Positions 1-9,933 of a stretch of 64,000 nt of DNA are shown in pieces. This DNA comes from Bacillota bacterium. GTDB taxonomy: Bacteria > Bacillota > DTU065. The notes beneath the pieces were generated by a model. That model saw nothing but the letters and a program-made list of their open reading frames with translations, did not search any database and was not told the DNA's origin. The position numbers and the translations under genes are program-made. The DNA lies in assembly GCA_036721855.1 (NCBI GenBank), contig DAIMKF010000004.1, positions 17,834 to 81,833 on the forward strand, read 5' to 3'. The number at the start of each line of letters is the position of its first letter. Position 1 is the first letter of the stretch.

Positions 1-2060
1 TTTACTTCCTTTACTTCCGTTACTTCTGGTAGATAAACATCAACCAAAAATGCTCCCAGCTTTTTTGCCCCATCCATAAACTGAGAAATTCTATCGGTCT
101 TAAATACCTTAGAGTCTTCTTGTGGCAGCATATCTATTGTGTTAACCAGATGAATTACATAACCCTCTTTTACTTTATAAAGTGTCCCGATAACATCCTT
201 GTCAGTACCAACAGACAGCTGCTTATGCTCTACAAGGAGCGATAACAATTTTCCACCGTTTTGTCTTAAGCTAGGAAGCACCGAAGCCCAAGCATCTGTT
301 TCTTTTGCTTGGGGCCAGATAGCAGGCTGAAAATCATTGTCTCCGATATCACATGGTAACCAGATAATTTCTCCCTGTTCTATCTTCTCGGATACTCCTA
401 ATATCTCTCCGTTTTCTCCTACTAATATAGGCTTTGAACCTTTTGGGATGATGGATCTATCAGAAGTTATCTGTGCAAATTTATAGGACTCACCCTGATA
501 GTTTATTTGTGCCTCTCCCTTATAGGCTGCTTTTTCTGTTCGAGCTGTCACTCCAAGGGCAGAAACTGCTTCGTTTGTGGTCCGTATTTGAATATCGGGT
601 TTTTTGGTGCCAAACTCACCTATTATTATCAGCTTACCACCACTTTGGACATATTGAGCCAGCTTTTTAAGCTCGTCATCGCCAACCATTATTACAGAGA
701 CTACAACTATGACCTGCTGCTTACACAACTCTTCAATGCTATCATGGCAAAATACCATATCACTTAATAACCCAGAAACATAGGCCGCTTCCATATAGGA
801 CATAAATGGTTTCATATATTTTTGCGGTGCGTTAGGAGAAGTGTAATCTCTGGTCATTTCGGAAAAGTAAAAGGCCAGATCGCTGATTTTTTTAGGATTG
901 TTGTATAAAGTAGAATGTTGTTTTTCAAAGATTCGATATGGTTTATCAGAAAGGATATTAGAATTCATAGTTCCCGTATAAAGCTGACCCCATGAACGTA
1001 CAAGTGCCCAAGCAGCATAGGTACTGTCCTTGGTTGCCGGATAGAAAAGTGCCATAGGCGGAACACCTTTTCGCTTAGCCAAAGCAAAGCGATGCACTGC
1101 TTCAATGGCAAAACAAAGATACGAATACTTGATAATTCCGCAGCATTCCTGGAATATATAATCCCATAACTCACTGGCACTCTCAAAGCCATAGCAGGTA
1201 GTGTCAAAGGGCAAAACTTCGGCGCAATAGGCTGGTCTTAAGGGATGAAAATCCAGCTCTTTATAAAAAGCATCTAATTTTCTATGAAAATCACCACTGC
1301 TTTTCTTTTTAAATCGTTTCCAGGCAATATACACAGGATCATCATAATTTTCATAAAAGGAGGACCAGTTTTCTGGGTCTGGAAGATGATAGCCTGTTTC
1401 TTTATAAAACAATTCGCGGCAGTACTTGCAAGTACAGGCGTTCCCCCCACCAAACCATTGAACATCGTCGTTCATAATACCATCGATGTGAGCTTTTTTG
1501 ATAATTCGCTCTAAGTGTTTAGTATAAGCCTTATAAAAAGACGGATGATTAAAGCAGTGGGCATTCCCATTGTAATGCTTAAAAACCCAGTGAACATCCT
1601 TACCTTCAGTGTGTATATAGGAACTAAGACAGATCTTTCCAGTGCCACCGTCAATTTGACCAAAATCATCCATATGTGAGCCACCTAATATGGGATTAAC
1701 TTGTGATGTTTCCCGGAAGTTTTTAAAACCCTCTCCTAACGAATGCTTTAAAAAAGATTCCCGAGTAGTATCGTCTTCTATCCTGTAGGTTAAATGAGTA
1801 CTATGGTGTTCGATGACTTTGATGCCAAAGGCATGAAAAGCTTTTGTAATTTTAGCGATAGTATCCTCTATCTCGTTCCAATAAGCCCAATAAGAGAATC
1901 TAAAGTGAGTCCCAAAGAGGATGGCAGTTGTATAACCTGCGTCATGGAAGTTTTTGACGGCATTTAGAAAATCTTTTTCTTCCCAATTATAGATAGCATC
2001 ATCATCATACCAAAACCAACCAAAACGTTCTTCCCAGGGAGTAGCAAGAGAATTATTCAT
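1..2060 (-). CDS. GH42/GHL6-like glycoside hydrolase (TIM barrel plus trimerisation-like domain), 3'-partial at the window edge
   Basis: Not in the ORF track. Translated by hand from ATG at 2060 (RBS GAGGAGG upstream): MNNSLATPWEERFGWFWY...HIDGIMNDDVQWFGGGNACTCKYCRELFYKETG...LAQYVQSGGKLIIIGEFG. The frame is open to position 1. The CxCxxC motif and the 'yvxxGGxLi' segment are typical of GH42-like proteins. Confidence 0.7.
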   Translation of the reverse strand, partial: MNNSLATPWEERFGWFWYDDDAIYNWEEKDFLNAVKNFHDAGYTTAILFGTHFRFSYWAYWNEIEDTIAKITKAFHAFGIKVIEHHSTHLTYRIEDDTTRESFLKHSLGEGFKNFRETSQVNPILGGSHMDDFGQIDGGTGKICLSSYIHTEGKDVHWVFKHYNGNAHCFNHPSFYKAYTKHLERIIKKAHIDGIMNDDVQWFGGGNACTCKYCRELFYKETGYHLPDPENWSSFYENYDDPVYIAWKRFKKKSSGDFHRKLDAFYKELDFHPLRPAYCAEVLPFDTTCYGFESASELWDYIFQECCGIIKYSYLCFAIEAVHRFALAKRKGVPPMALFYPATKDSTYAAWALVRSWGQLYTGTMNSNILSDKPYRIFEKQHSTLYNNPKKISDLAFYFSEMTRDYTSPNAPQKYMKPFMSYMEAAYVSGLLSDMVFCHDSIEELCKQQVIVVVSVIMVGDDELKKLAQYVQSGGKLIIIGEFGTKKPDIQIRTTNEAVSALGVTARTEKAAYKGEAQINYQGESYKFAQITSDRSIIPKGSKPILVGENGEILGVSEKIEQGEIIWLPCDIGDNDFQPAIWPQAKETDAWASVLPSLRQNGGKLLSLLVEHKQLSVGTDKDVIGTLYKVKEGYVIHLVNTIDMLPQEDSKVFKTDRISQFMDGAKKLGAFLVDVYLPEVTEVKEV

Positions 2061-2079
2061 AAGTGATCCTCCTCTCGGT

Positions 2080-2656
2080 TATGGTTTTTGATAATAGTGG
2101 TCAGGTCTTTTCTAAAGTTCGGACCACTTTGCATAAGGAGACGACAGTCAAATTGTCATCAGGCTCATCTCCGTGATTAAAGCCTTTCCAAAGGCAATCA
2201 TTGATTTTTACAATCATTCTCGTCTTCTAAACTAATAAAAGAAAAACCATCTGGAAGTTTAATTTTCAAAAATGGTTTATCGTAGCAAAAGATCTTCACA
2301 GGATAAGAGTAGACCTTCCGATAACCATTCTTGGCTAGTAACTCTTTTTTGTCTGCTTCTTTATCGGTGATCCAAACTGTTAGTATCCGTTTGCTTTCTT
2401 TAGCTATAGATAATTCCTTTTCTGCATAGGAGAGCATTTCAGGCAAAAGAAACTTATGGCCTGGTTCTGTTATAAGATAAAGATCAGTATCTTTAAGGAT
2501 ATGTAGTAAATGCAGCTTGACTCCCCACACTCCTAAGTTCCCTATAAACCTGACAGTTTCTAACATCCCATCAATGCTTTCATTGGGAAGCCCTAAAGTT
2601 AGATGTATAACAACTCTGATGTTTTTCTCTTTTAATCTATCTACCGCGTCGATAAC
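2080..2656 (-). pseudogene. Chimeric remnant: TIGR01212/YhcC-type radical SAM fragment fused in frame to a frameshifted GNAT acetyltransferase fragment
   Basis: VIDAVDRLKEKNIRVVIHLTLGLPNESIDGMLETVRFIGNLGVWGVKLHLLHILKDTDLY is preceded by an in-frame TGA. It continues into LITEPGHKFLLPEMLSYAEKEL...KLPDGFSFISLEDENDCK, then after frameshifts INDCLWKGFNHGDEPDDN and DCRLLMQSGPNFRKDLTTIIK. Confidence 0.65.
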
Positions 2657-2819
2657 TCAATGCAACTTTTATCCGGCAAGAGAATCCTTATGTACACGAA
2701 CAAGAACAACATCGAAAGCTTGGAATGCTTTGCTTTCAAAACAAGCAATCTTATCTTTAATTCTCCCGATTTAAGTCTTATCCTCTCTCTTTAACGTTAC
2801 AGCTAATACTTTTATAATT

Positions 2820-3186
2820 AGTTTTACATATCAAAACATCACCATCAGGGTGGACACTGTAAAAATAAATCTGGAGTGGGAAAAAGCTTTGATCACCGCG
2901 ATGTTTGAAGGAAATATAACCACAGAAACACTATGGATGTCTTTACCAATTATTTTTTTACCGCTTCTTAGAAGCTCGCTCAATACTGCTGTACCGAGCC
3001 CTTCCCAACTAAAGGCAGGCTTTACAATAAATCCGGAAATTTAAAACATGCTTTCATCGGTCATGAATAACGCCAAAGCTGCAAAAGGAATTTTTTCTAC
3101 AGATACGACCTTGCACCAAAAGTTTTCACCCTTCTTAGTGTTTTTGTAAGCACACCAGTATTTTATTAATTTATCCCATCTATCAT
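2820..3186 (-). pseudogene. GNAT acetyltransferase remnant, 5'-truncated
   Basis: WDKLIKYW...GENFWCKVVSVEKIPFAALALFMTDESMF*ISGFIVKPAFSWEGLGTAVLSELL...VIFPSNIAVIKAF, with an internal TAA and a frameshifted HPDGDVL tail. Confidence 0.55.
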
Positions 3187-3199
3187 GGCAACCAGTGAA

Positions 3200-3551
3200 C
3201 CACAGTTCTTGCACCAAACCCTTGGTACTTGCAGTTCAAACTCTTTATCCTAGTTAATAACAGAACGCTTATAACTACCATGCTTCATAATAGTTCCTCC
3301 GCAAACACATTTGTACTTGCCTGCAGCAAACTTATGAAGTCATTTTCCTGTTAATTGGTTAACCTTTAACCCAGGTTGGTTTATTATTAACATCTCATCC
3401 CACCTTCGGTGGGATGGCTTTGGAGGGGCTGCGTTCAACTCCTTCTTGCTCGTTTTCTTGCAACTGATTTGGAGCTTGTTGGAGAGTTATGGTCCCTTTT
3501 TACTCCCACTTACGAACTAGTATTTTTGGCCAGATACCGTTCACGCTTACA
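3200..3551 (-). mobile_element. Probable IS remnant: left end plus DUF6431-like zinc-ribbon ORF fragment
   Basis: From ATG 3393: MLIINQ...GK*...KCVCGGTIMKHGSYKRSVIN*DKEFELQVPRVWCKNCG (CxC..HGxYxR..PRxxCxxCG pattern, two stops). A possible TGTAAGCG terminus lies at 3551. A hairpin at 3396-3416 covers the RBS. Confidence 0.4.
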
Positions 3552-3608
3552 ATAATAAATAATAGCTGCTTTTTAAACAGGAAGATCCTTTCACTAACTT
3601 CAATTTAA

Positions 3609-3968
3609 TCATCTTGCTTCCTTTAATTGGCATATTTCGTTCCAATTCTTAGAGGTGATAATCGCTATCGCATTTATATCACCCTTTATACCATTTACTT
3701 CTCCTTCAATCTTGGCTATGGTATAACCTAAATTATCAATCTGAGCTTGATGCACTTCGCTTGCGTAAATTAATGATCTTAATAATCCTCCATGTTCTTT
3801 CTGTTGTTCGGATACAAGGTGTAAGTCTTCTTTTACTACTTGCATTTCATCTTTAACTGTTTGCATATCTTCTTTTGCTACTTGCATTTCTTGTTTAAGC
3901 TCTCTAACATCCTTACTGGTTTCTTGGACTGCTACTAGAACTTTTTCAAGTAACTTCACGCTACTCAC
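3609..3968 (-). CDS. Small coiled-coil hypothetical protein
   Basis: GTG start at 3968 after GAGAGGTG. Heptad repeats EMQVAKE-DMQTVKD-EMQVVKE. Confidence 0.75.
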   Translation of the reverse strand: MSSVKLLEKVLVAVQETSKDVRELKQEMQVAKEDMQTVKDEMQVVKEDLHLVSEQQKEHGGLLRSLIYASEVHQAQIDNLGYTIAKIEGEVNGIKGDINAIAIITSKNWNEICQLKEAR

Positions 3969-4284
3969 GTTTTCACCTCTCTCCAAATCTTTTCATTGTT
4001 GCGAAGATAAACTCAGATGCTGTTTCTAATCTTTGTAATTAGGTATTAGCTTGATTATATCATAATTAAGTGCTAATAAATGCCAATTAGCCGGTTTAAC
4101 ACCCTATTTTTGAGGGTTATATGATAATAACTTGAGCTTATAAACTTTAACGCGTGTTTCTTCATTATACTGATCTTGCTGAGAATAAGGCAAACTTTTA
4201 TATTTGTTTAGTTTAAGTGAAAGAGGCAAGCCATGTGATGCAGGCTATTATCGCATTATACGCTTGAAAGCAAAGAGAGTAAAT

Positions 4285-4336
4285 AAAAAAAGATACCCCT
4301 CAATTCTACCGTAAGGCAAGTACTTAAGAGATATCT
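4285..4336 (-). terminator. Intrinsic terminator-like hairpin with large loop
   Basis: Minus strand AGATATCTCTTAA...TTGAGGGGTATCT followed by a T-tract. Confidence 0.5.
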
Positions 4337-4695
4337 CGATGAAAATCCGATAGCGTCAAGCCACTGTAAGATAGAAATAATCAGAGACAGCAAGCCATTA
4401 CACATTTTAGATGAATTTATAGTATCCGTTAGACAATCCTCTAATTGCTTGCATTGTTAAATAAAACTTGGTATCAAGGATAGATAAGTTACAATAAACC
4501 TCTCCTGAAACCTTCTTAAGCAGCGTTTGTTGAACCTTCACGATGTTTTCTTCAGAGACAATAAAACATTTTAGAGTCCATTTCTGCTTTTAGCAGGAAA
4601 CGTTCTTCTAGATATTGAGTAGTTTTCGTTGAGAGACTTCACTCCTTGAGCTTATTTAGCTCATCTCGAAGGATGGCTGTGAGGTCTCTCTTCTT

Positions 4696-4729
4696 GGTCT
4701 AGTGGGAAGAGGCCTCCTCCCACTAGACC
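4696..4729. other. GC-rich near-perfect inverted repeat
   Basis: GGTCTAGTGGGA-AGAGGCCTCC-TCCCACTAGACC, a 12-bp perfect stem. Confidence 0.7.
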
Positions 4730-4790
4730 CTTTCTTCCATTCTACATCTACATTAAAACATATCTACAGTAACTTTACACTAACCGCCTC

Positions 4791-7385
4791 TTATGGAACA
4801 ATATCTATAGATCCGGTTGATAAAGGCCAGCTTTTATCAACTTCTATAACTTTTCCAGACCATCCATCATATCGCCTATTAGCTTCGATAAAGAAAGGCA
4901 CAGACTCAGCATAGTAATCTCCGAGATCAATAACATTGTTTTTGTTAACATCAACCCATGCAATCAGTCTATATTCGCCTGGTACTTCAAGTGGCACAGA
5001 AAAGTTTCCACCCTTAGGATGAATGGATGTCTCAGCGGCTATATCAATAATGCTACCTTCTCTTACTCCTACAATTATACGGATCTTATCCACTGCGTTT
5101 ACAGCCCAGTAGGCGTTAATTAACCCATATCCATAATGAGGATCAAAGCCTTTACCCTGGATCTCCATACTTGTACGGCGCAATATCTCTCGGACTTCTC
5201 CTTTTGGTATACCCACAGATAACATCAGGCCAATAACACCCGAGACATGTGGTGTAGCCATAGATGTACCGCTTCGAAGAGCATAAGGGTAGGTGACGTC
5301 TGTACTTATCACCCTGTCGTTATTCCCATCGTTATCACTATCGACCCCTGATACTCCTCCCGGAGCTACGACATCCAATTCGTAGCCATAATTTGAATAC
5401 GGTGTAACCATGGGAGTGTTTGGATAATTATAGTCCACAGCTCCTACCGCTATTACTTCAGGAAGAGCTGCCGGATAAATGATTGGAGCACTCTCATTCC
5501 CAGCAGCCGCTACCATTATTACACCACTAGCATAAGCTTGCTTGACCGAATCTATTTCTACCTGGCTTTCTCCACCACCCAAAGATAGATTCAAGATATC
5601 TGCTGGATATGGGTTAAACGGTTTATTAGGTTCATTCAATAGTCCAGCTCCATAAAGAATACCAAGGGCTACATCCCAATGAGTGCCTGACCCTGATTCC
5701 GAAAGGACCTTAACAGGGAGAATTTCCACATCCCACATTACTCCAGCCACACCGGTGCTGTTATTCGTTAAAGCGCCTATAGTCCCGGCAACATGAGTGC
5801 CATGTCCATGATGATCCTGAACATTATAATTATTTTCCGCAAAATTATATCCATAAGTATGATCAAGCTGGACTGATAAATCAGGGTGAGTCATATCTAT
5901 TCCGGTGTCTATTACCGCGATTCTTATCGAACGGTCGCCTGTTGTTATTTCCCACGCTTGAGGTAGGCGAATTTGTCGAAAGTGCCATTGATAAGGAAAC
6001 CAGGAATCATTGGGATATGGTATCGACGCAGAAAAAACAGAAGTATTTGGCTCTGTATAGAGAACTCCTTTAAGCTCAGTAGCGCGGAATATCAAGTCTT
6101 TCCTATTATTACTTAATTTCACAAGATAAGCGTTTAACAACTCAATGGTATCCAAAATCTCGTAACCCGACTCTTCTAATTCTACCCGTTGCTCCTGCAC
6201 GGTCATAGAGGAGTCGAAGACAATGATGAGTTCTTCGGGATCTCTTTCAATTTGAAAAACCACATCACTATCAAAGTCTATCTGGTCCGGTCTTTGACTT
6301 CTTTTAGTCATTAAAGGCATCATGTCTATACTAGAACGTGGGAAGTTATGTTTTATCCCAATTTCACCAGATAAGTACGTTGCGCTGGTAAAGACAGCAG
6401 TCACTGACTTCGGGCGATCAACGATTATCGTTGCTGGATTGCCACTACCCTCTAAATCACCATCCCAATGACTAAAATTCCAGCCTTCAGCCGGGTTAGC
6501 TGTTAATTTAACAGTAGTACCGTGTTCATAGTTATTGCCTCTTACTGTTATTATCTCTTCGTTAACTATACCTTCGCCTTGAACTACGACTTCAAGTGGA
6601 TACTCTTTCTTCACAAAAACTGCTTTAACCGTTTTGGCACTATCTATGACTATATTGGTGGGGTTAATGCTACCTGTTAAAGCTTCTTCCCAATGACTAA
6701 AATTCCAGCCTTCAGCCGGGTTAGCTGTTAATTTAACAGTAGTACCGTGTTCATAGTTATTGCCTCTTACTGTTATTATCTCTTCGTTAACTATACCTTC
6801 GCCTTGAACTACGACTTCAAGTGGATACTCTTTCTTCACAAAAACTGCTTTAACCGTTTTGGCACTATCTATGACTATATTGGTGGGGTTAATGCTACCT
6901 GTTAAAGCTTCTTCCCAATGACTAAAATTCCAGCCTTCAGCTGGATTAGCTGTTAATTTAACTTCTGTGTCGTAGCTGTATGTGTTTCGGGTAGTTATCA
7001 CTTCCTGATTGACAATGCCGTCTCCTAGTATTTGAATTGTTAACGGATATATCTGCTTTTTTCCCTGGAAATTAGCAGTTTTGCTAGCCTTAGAGATTGA
7101 CGCCTGACCAGGTTCAAAAGTCCAACCTTGCTTTATGGGAGTGATTGTAACCGTGCCCTTAAGACCACTTTTACTCCACTTGCCATCTGCACCGGTAGTA
7201 GCTGTGCCAAAACCACTGCTAAATGTTAAGCTAACACCTGCTATTCCCTGGTTGTTGTCAGCTTGAGTGATCTGGCCTGATACGGTATATTTTTTGAAAC
7301 TTTGCAACCAATTACAGCCAGTTTGTAAGATTAAAATGCCGACAAACACAAAACACCACAAAATTCTCAGTTTCCTATTTCTCAT
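4791..7385 (-). CDS. Secreted or lipoprotein S8 subtilisin-like serine peptidase with InlB B-repeat-like domains
   Basis: Catalytic triad IAVIDTGID / HGHGTHVAG / SGTSMATPHV. Signal peptide ends in QTGC. Three repeats of the LTAxP..GWxFxxW..AVF type. ATG 7385 is preferred over GTG 7394 on RBS spacing. Confidence 0.92.
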   Translation of the reverse strand: MRNRKLRILWCFVFVGILILQTGCNWLQSFKKYTVSGQITQADNNQGIAGVSLTFSSGFGTATTGADGKWSKSGLKGTVTITPIKQGWTFEPGQASISKASKTANFQGKKQIYPLTIQILGDGIVNQEVITTRNTYSYDTEVKLTANPAEGWNFSHWEEALTGSINPTNIVIDSAKTVKAVFVKKEYPLEVVVQGEGIVNEEIITVRGNNYEHGTTVKLTANPAEGWNFSHWEEALTGSINPTNIVIDSAKTVKAVFVKKEYPLEVVVQGEGIVNEEIITVRGNNYEHGTTVKLTANPAEGWNFSHWDGDLEGSGNPATIIVDRPKSVTAVFTSATYLSGEIGIKHNFPRSSIDMMPLMTKRSQRPDQIDFDSDVVFQIERDPEELIIVFDSSMTVQEQRVELEESGYEILDTIELLNAYLVKLSNNRKDLIFRATELKGVLYTEPNTSVFSASIPYPNDSWFPYQWHFRQIRLPQAWEITTGDRSIRIAVIDTGIDMTHPDLSVQLDHTYGYNFAENNYNVQDHHGHGTHVAGTIGALTNNSTGVAGVMWDVEILPVKVLSESGSGTHWDVALGILYGAGLLNEPNKPFNPYPADILNLSLGGGESQVEIDSVKQAYASGVIMVAAAGNESAPIIYPAALPEVIAVGAVDYNYPNTPMVTPYSNYGYELDVVAPGGVSGVDSDNDGNNDRVISTDVTYPYALRSGTSMATPHVSGVIGLMLSVGIPKGEVREILRRTSMEIQGKGFDPHYGYGLINAYWAVNAVDKIRIIVGVREGSIIDIAAETSIHPKGGNFSVPLEVPGEYRLIAWVDVNKNNVIDLGDYYAESVPFFIEANRRYDGWSGKVIEVDKSWPLSTGSIDIVP
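6464..6941. repeat. Exact 225-bp tandem duplication (75 aa) inside the S8 gene
   Basis: 6464-6688 and 6689-6913 are identical by visual comparison. A third copy matches for a further 28 nt and then diverges. Confidence 0.9.
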
Positions 7386-7808
7386 TACTCTCACTCCATG
7401 TTATTACTTTCTATAAACTGAAATTTTCTACAACATATTAAAATGATCTGCAAGGCTGTGTTTTATTTCAAAAGTATGCAGGTTATATTGAACGTTTTTC
7501 GTTGTGTTTTATGGCTCATTTATATTCAGTTTAATTATAGGTATTAAAATAATTGATATTTATAATGTTTAAATATTTTATGCCAAGTTAGGGCAGATTA
7601 GTACATTAATCGAGCTAAACATGATCCTACTGCGGTGTTTTACATTGCGAATAAAACTAGTGTTTTAAACCAACATGTTCTGCTTAGTTAGAACTGCTTG
7701 AAATATGAAAGATAATTTAGTGCAACCAACCAACAAATGTTTGTCTTCAAGATATTTGTGAATACCCATTTAAACTTTAGAGAAGAAGTCATCGAAAAAT
7801 CTAGAGCA

Positions 7809-7832
7809 AACCCAGCTTAAAGCAGCTGGGTT
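7809..7832. terminator. Terminator hairpin downstream of GH127
   Basis: AACCCAGCT-TAAAGC-AGCTGGGTT with AT-rich flanks. Confidence 0.5.
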
Positions 7833-8010
7833 AATTTATTTTATAATTGGTTTAGTAAACATTTTCGCTATCATCTATCCCCTTAGCTGCTTTAATTAAA
7901 TAATTCAGAATATCTTTCCTAATCCTCCTTATCTTGTTTGTGCTTAGAAAGAAACCAAACCTATTAATAAAGAATTATATCTTATACTTTAGTGTGTTAC
8001 TCCGTTAGGA

Positions 8011-9933
8011 CTACTTTGTGTTTTTGGTAAGAATTATTGGAAATTGAGCGATACGAAGCTTTGCAGCTCCGTAGGGAATAAGCTTTAGCTCTTCAGGATC
8101 TTCTTTTAACGTCTGAGGTTTAGGAATCTTTCCTGCGGAAAGATTTTCCTCCTGCCAATTTGTTATCTTAGCTCCACTTGCTTTTAAAATTATGGGAGGA
8201 CAGTCGCTGTTAAAAGGTTGCAAGGTAAGCTTCCCATACTCTACCTCAAAATCAGTATCCTCTAAAATCCCCCATTGCCAGCTTCTTTCCGGATAGAGTT
8301 CATAGTCAGCACTAGGGGAAATACCGCTTACTTTTACCCATTTTTCACCCAGTGGTAAAGCGAAGACTAAAGGGCCCCTTTCCACACTCAAGGAATCATT
8401 GGCCCAGCGTTTTAAACCAGGCTTTATCATCCATTCTATTTCAAATTCATCTTTCGGTCTCCAAGTACGAGAAAGACTTAAAAAACCATTTTCGTGCAAA
8501 ACTGCAGTGACTTTTTCTCCGTTTAACTTCAGCACCCAAGAGGCTCCGGAGAGTTTACGAAAATAAAGCTTAAACCACACGGGTTGATTTAGACTAAACT
8601 TAAGCTTTAGCTTATCGTTGAAAGGATAATCGGTATCCAGAGCAATATTCACATTTTCACCCGAAGGTGCCTTAAAACTTACCGTTGACGGTGCATACAA
8701 AGAGAGCACTATTCCGTCCTCAGCTTTAAGCCAGATATTGGCTACAAACTTAGGCCAGCCTTGATGAAAATTTGCTGTGCAGCAACCGTAATTTGGTTCA
8801 AGACCAAATATATTGGCATCAGGCCCGTTATTAGTCCAGTCCCTTTTACCGATATTGGCTGAGATTTGATTAGTCTGCTGATCATACTGATGTGACCAAA
8901 AATCTGGTGCAATTGCCGCAGGGAGCGCATTATAGGCTATCTTCTCCAAATAATCACCGAATTTTGAGACCCCTGTTTGGCAAAGAAGCTGCTCTAGGGA
9001 GTACATTAATTCCACTACCGCACAAAGTTCGGTACCTTGACTAGGATTTAACCCTGCCAGGTGCTCATCACCGGTAAAGAGATAGTTAGCAGTACCATGA
9101 TACTTCATAATAACTTCCAAACCATTTAAAGTAGCTTTAAGATCCTGTGGTGATTTGGTAAGTCTATAAAAATACCAGGGAGCTTTTAGAGCCATGGCAA
9201 CATTTACAACATGGGTATACAAAAAAGTAGTTAAAAATGTTCTGGCTTCAGGGTCGTCCCTGTCCATAAATTCCCAGTCAATTTTTGTAAAATCCAGATA
9301 GTTTCTGGTGTTCTTTTTATAAGGCAGCTCAAGAAAGAATCCACTCCAGTCTAAAGTCTGTTCTCTAATCATCTCTCCCAGTTCTAACAACCACGGCGTA
9401 TGAGTTTTATCATATAACCAGAAAAGGGAAACAAGGTTTTCGCAGCCTCTGGCCTTAGCCCAACGATAGAGTGGCCTAGATTCGATATTATTTAACTGAT
9501 AGTTAAAATAATTTAGTAAAAACTCCTCTACCTTACCACTTTGATCTATATCACTATAAAGGGTTAAAGCCTTTAGCATTACCATTCGTGGCCACCAGTC
9601 CGGGTTTTTTGGGGGTCCAAAAAAACCACTCTTATCCTGGCTCTCTAAACTCCATTGCAAAAACCCTTTAGCATACTCAAAGAGTCTAGTGTTATCTGTT
9701 AAAACCGCCAGAGGAAGGAGTCCGTCAATATAATAAGGGCCTCTCTCCCAACTCTCCCCTGCTCCTCCAAGCCACCCACTTGTTGATCCTACATCTGGAA
9801 AAACCTCACTTAAAAACCCGCTTAAACCAGCAGCTTGCAGATTTAACTGATTTTTCAACCATCCTAAAGGCTTAATGGCATCTAGTGGTAACTGAGAAAA
9901 ACAAGCTCTTGCCTCTTTTAACGAACCATTCAT
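8011..9933 (-). CDS. GH127-family beta-L-arabinofuranosidase-like glycoside hydrolase, cytoplasmic
   Basis: GDEHL, GTELCAVVE and GCCTANFHQGWPKF match the Glu/Cys/Cys-Cys zinc site of GH127. No signal peptide. ATG 9933 follows AGGAGTG. Confidence 0.88.
   Translation of the reverse strand: MNGSLKEARACFSQLPLDAIKPLGWLKNQLNLQAAGLSGFLSEVFPDVGSTSGWLGGAGESWERGPYYIDGLLPLAVLTDNTRLFEYAKGFLQWSLESQDKSGFFGPPKNPDWWPRMVMLKALTLYSDIDQSGKVEEFLLNYFNYQLNNIESRPLYRWAKARGCENLVSLFWLYDKTHTPWLLELGEMIREQTLDWSGFFLELPYKKNTRNYLDFTKIDWEFMDRDDPEARTFLTTFLYTHVVNVAMALKAPWYFYRLTKSPQDLKATLNGLEVIMKYHGTANYLFTGDEHLAGLNPSQGTELCAVVELMYSLEQLLCQTGVSKFGDYLEKIAYNALPAAIAPDFWSHQYDQQTNQISANIGKRDWTNNGPDANIFGLEPNYGCCTANFHQGWPKFVANIWLKAEDGIVLSLYAPSTVSFKAPSGENVNIALDTDYPFNDKLKLKFSLNQPVWFKLYFRKLSGASWVLKLNGEKVTAVLHENGFLSLSRTWRPKDEFEIEWMIKPGLKRWANDSLSVERGPLVFALPLGEKWVKVSGISPSADYELYPERSWQWGILEDTDFEVEYGKLTLQPFNSDCPPIILKASGAKITNWQEENLSAGKIPKPQTLKEDPEELKLIPYGAAKLRIAQFPIILTKNTK

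Noticed and set aside
473-1514. Short ORFs 473-670, 507-767, 965-1207, 1274-1465 and 1284-1514 from the track
   Set aside because: All overlap the long minus-strand GH42-like frame (1-2060) in other frames or on the other strand, and none has recognisable motifs.
4256-4405. 49-aa hydrophobic minus-strand ORF (MCNGLLSLIISILQWLD...) as a type I toxin
   Set aside because: It has no RBS, runs through a terminator hairpin, and no antisense promoter could be identified.
4696-4707. GGTCTAGTGG resembling a tRNA D-arm
   Set aside because: No acceptor stem, anticodon arm or TTC-arm; it is one arm of a simple inverted repeat.
6464-6941. Repeat as a CRISPR array or DGR template/variable repeat
   Set aside because: It is a contiguous in-frame 225-bp unit with no spacers and no adenine-specific mismatches, and there is no cas or reverse transcriptase gene.
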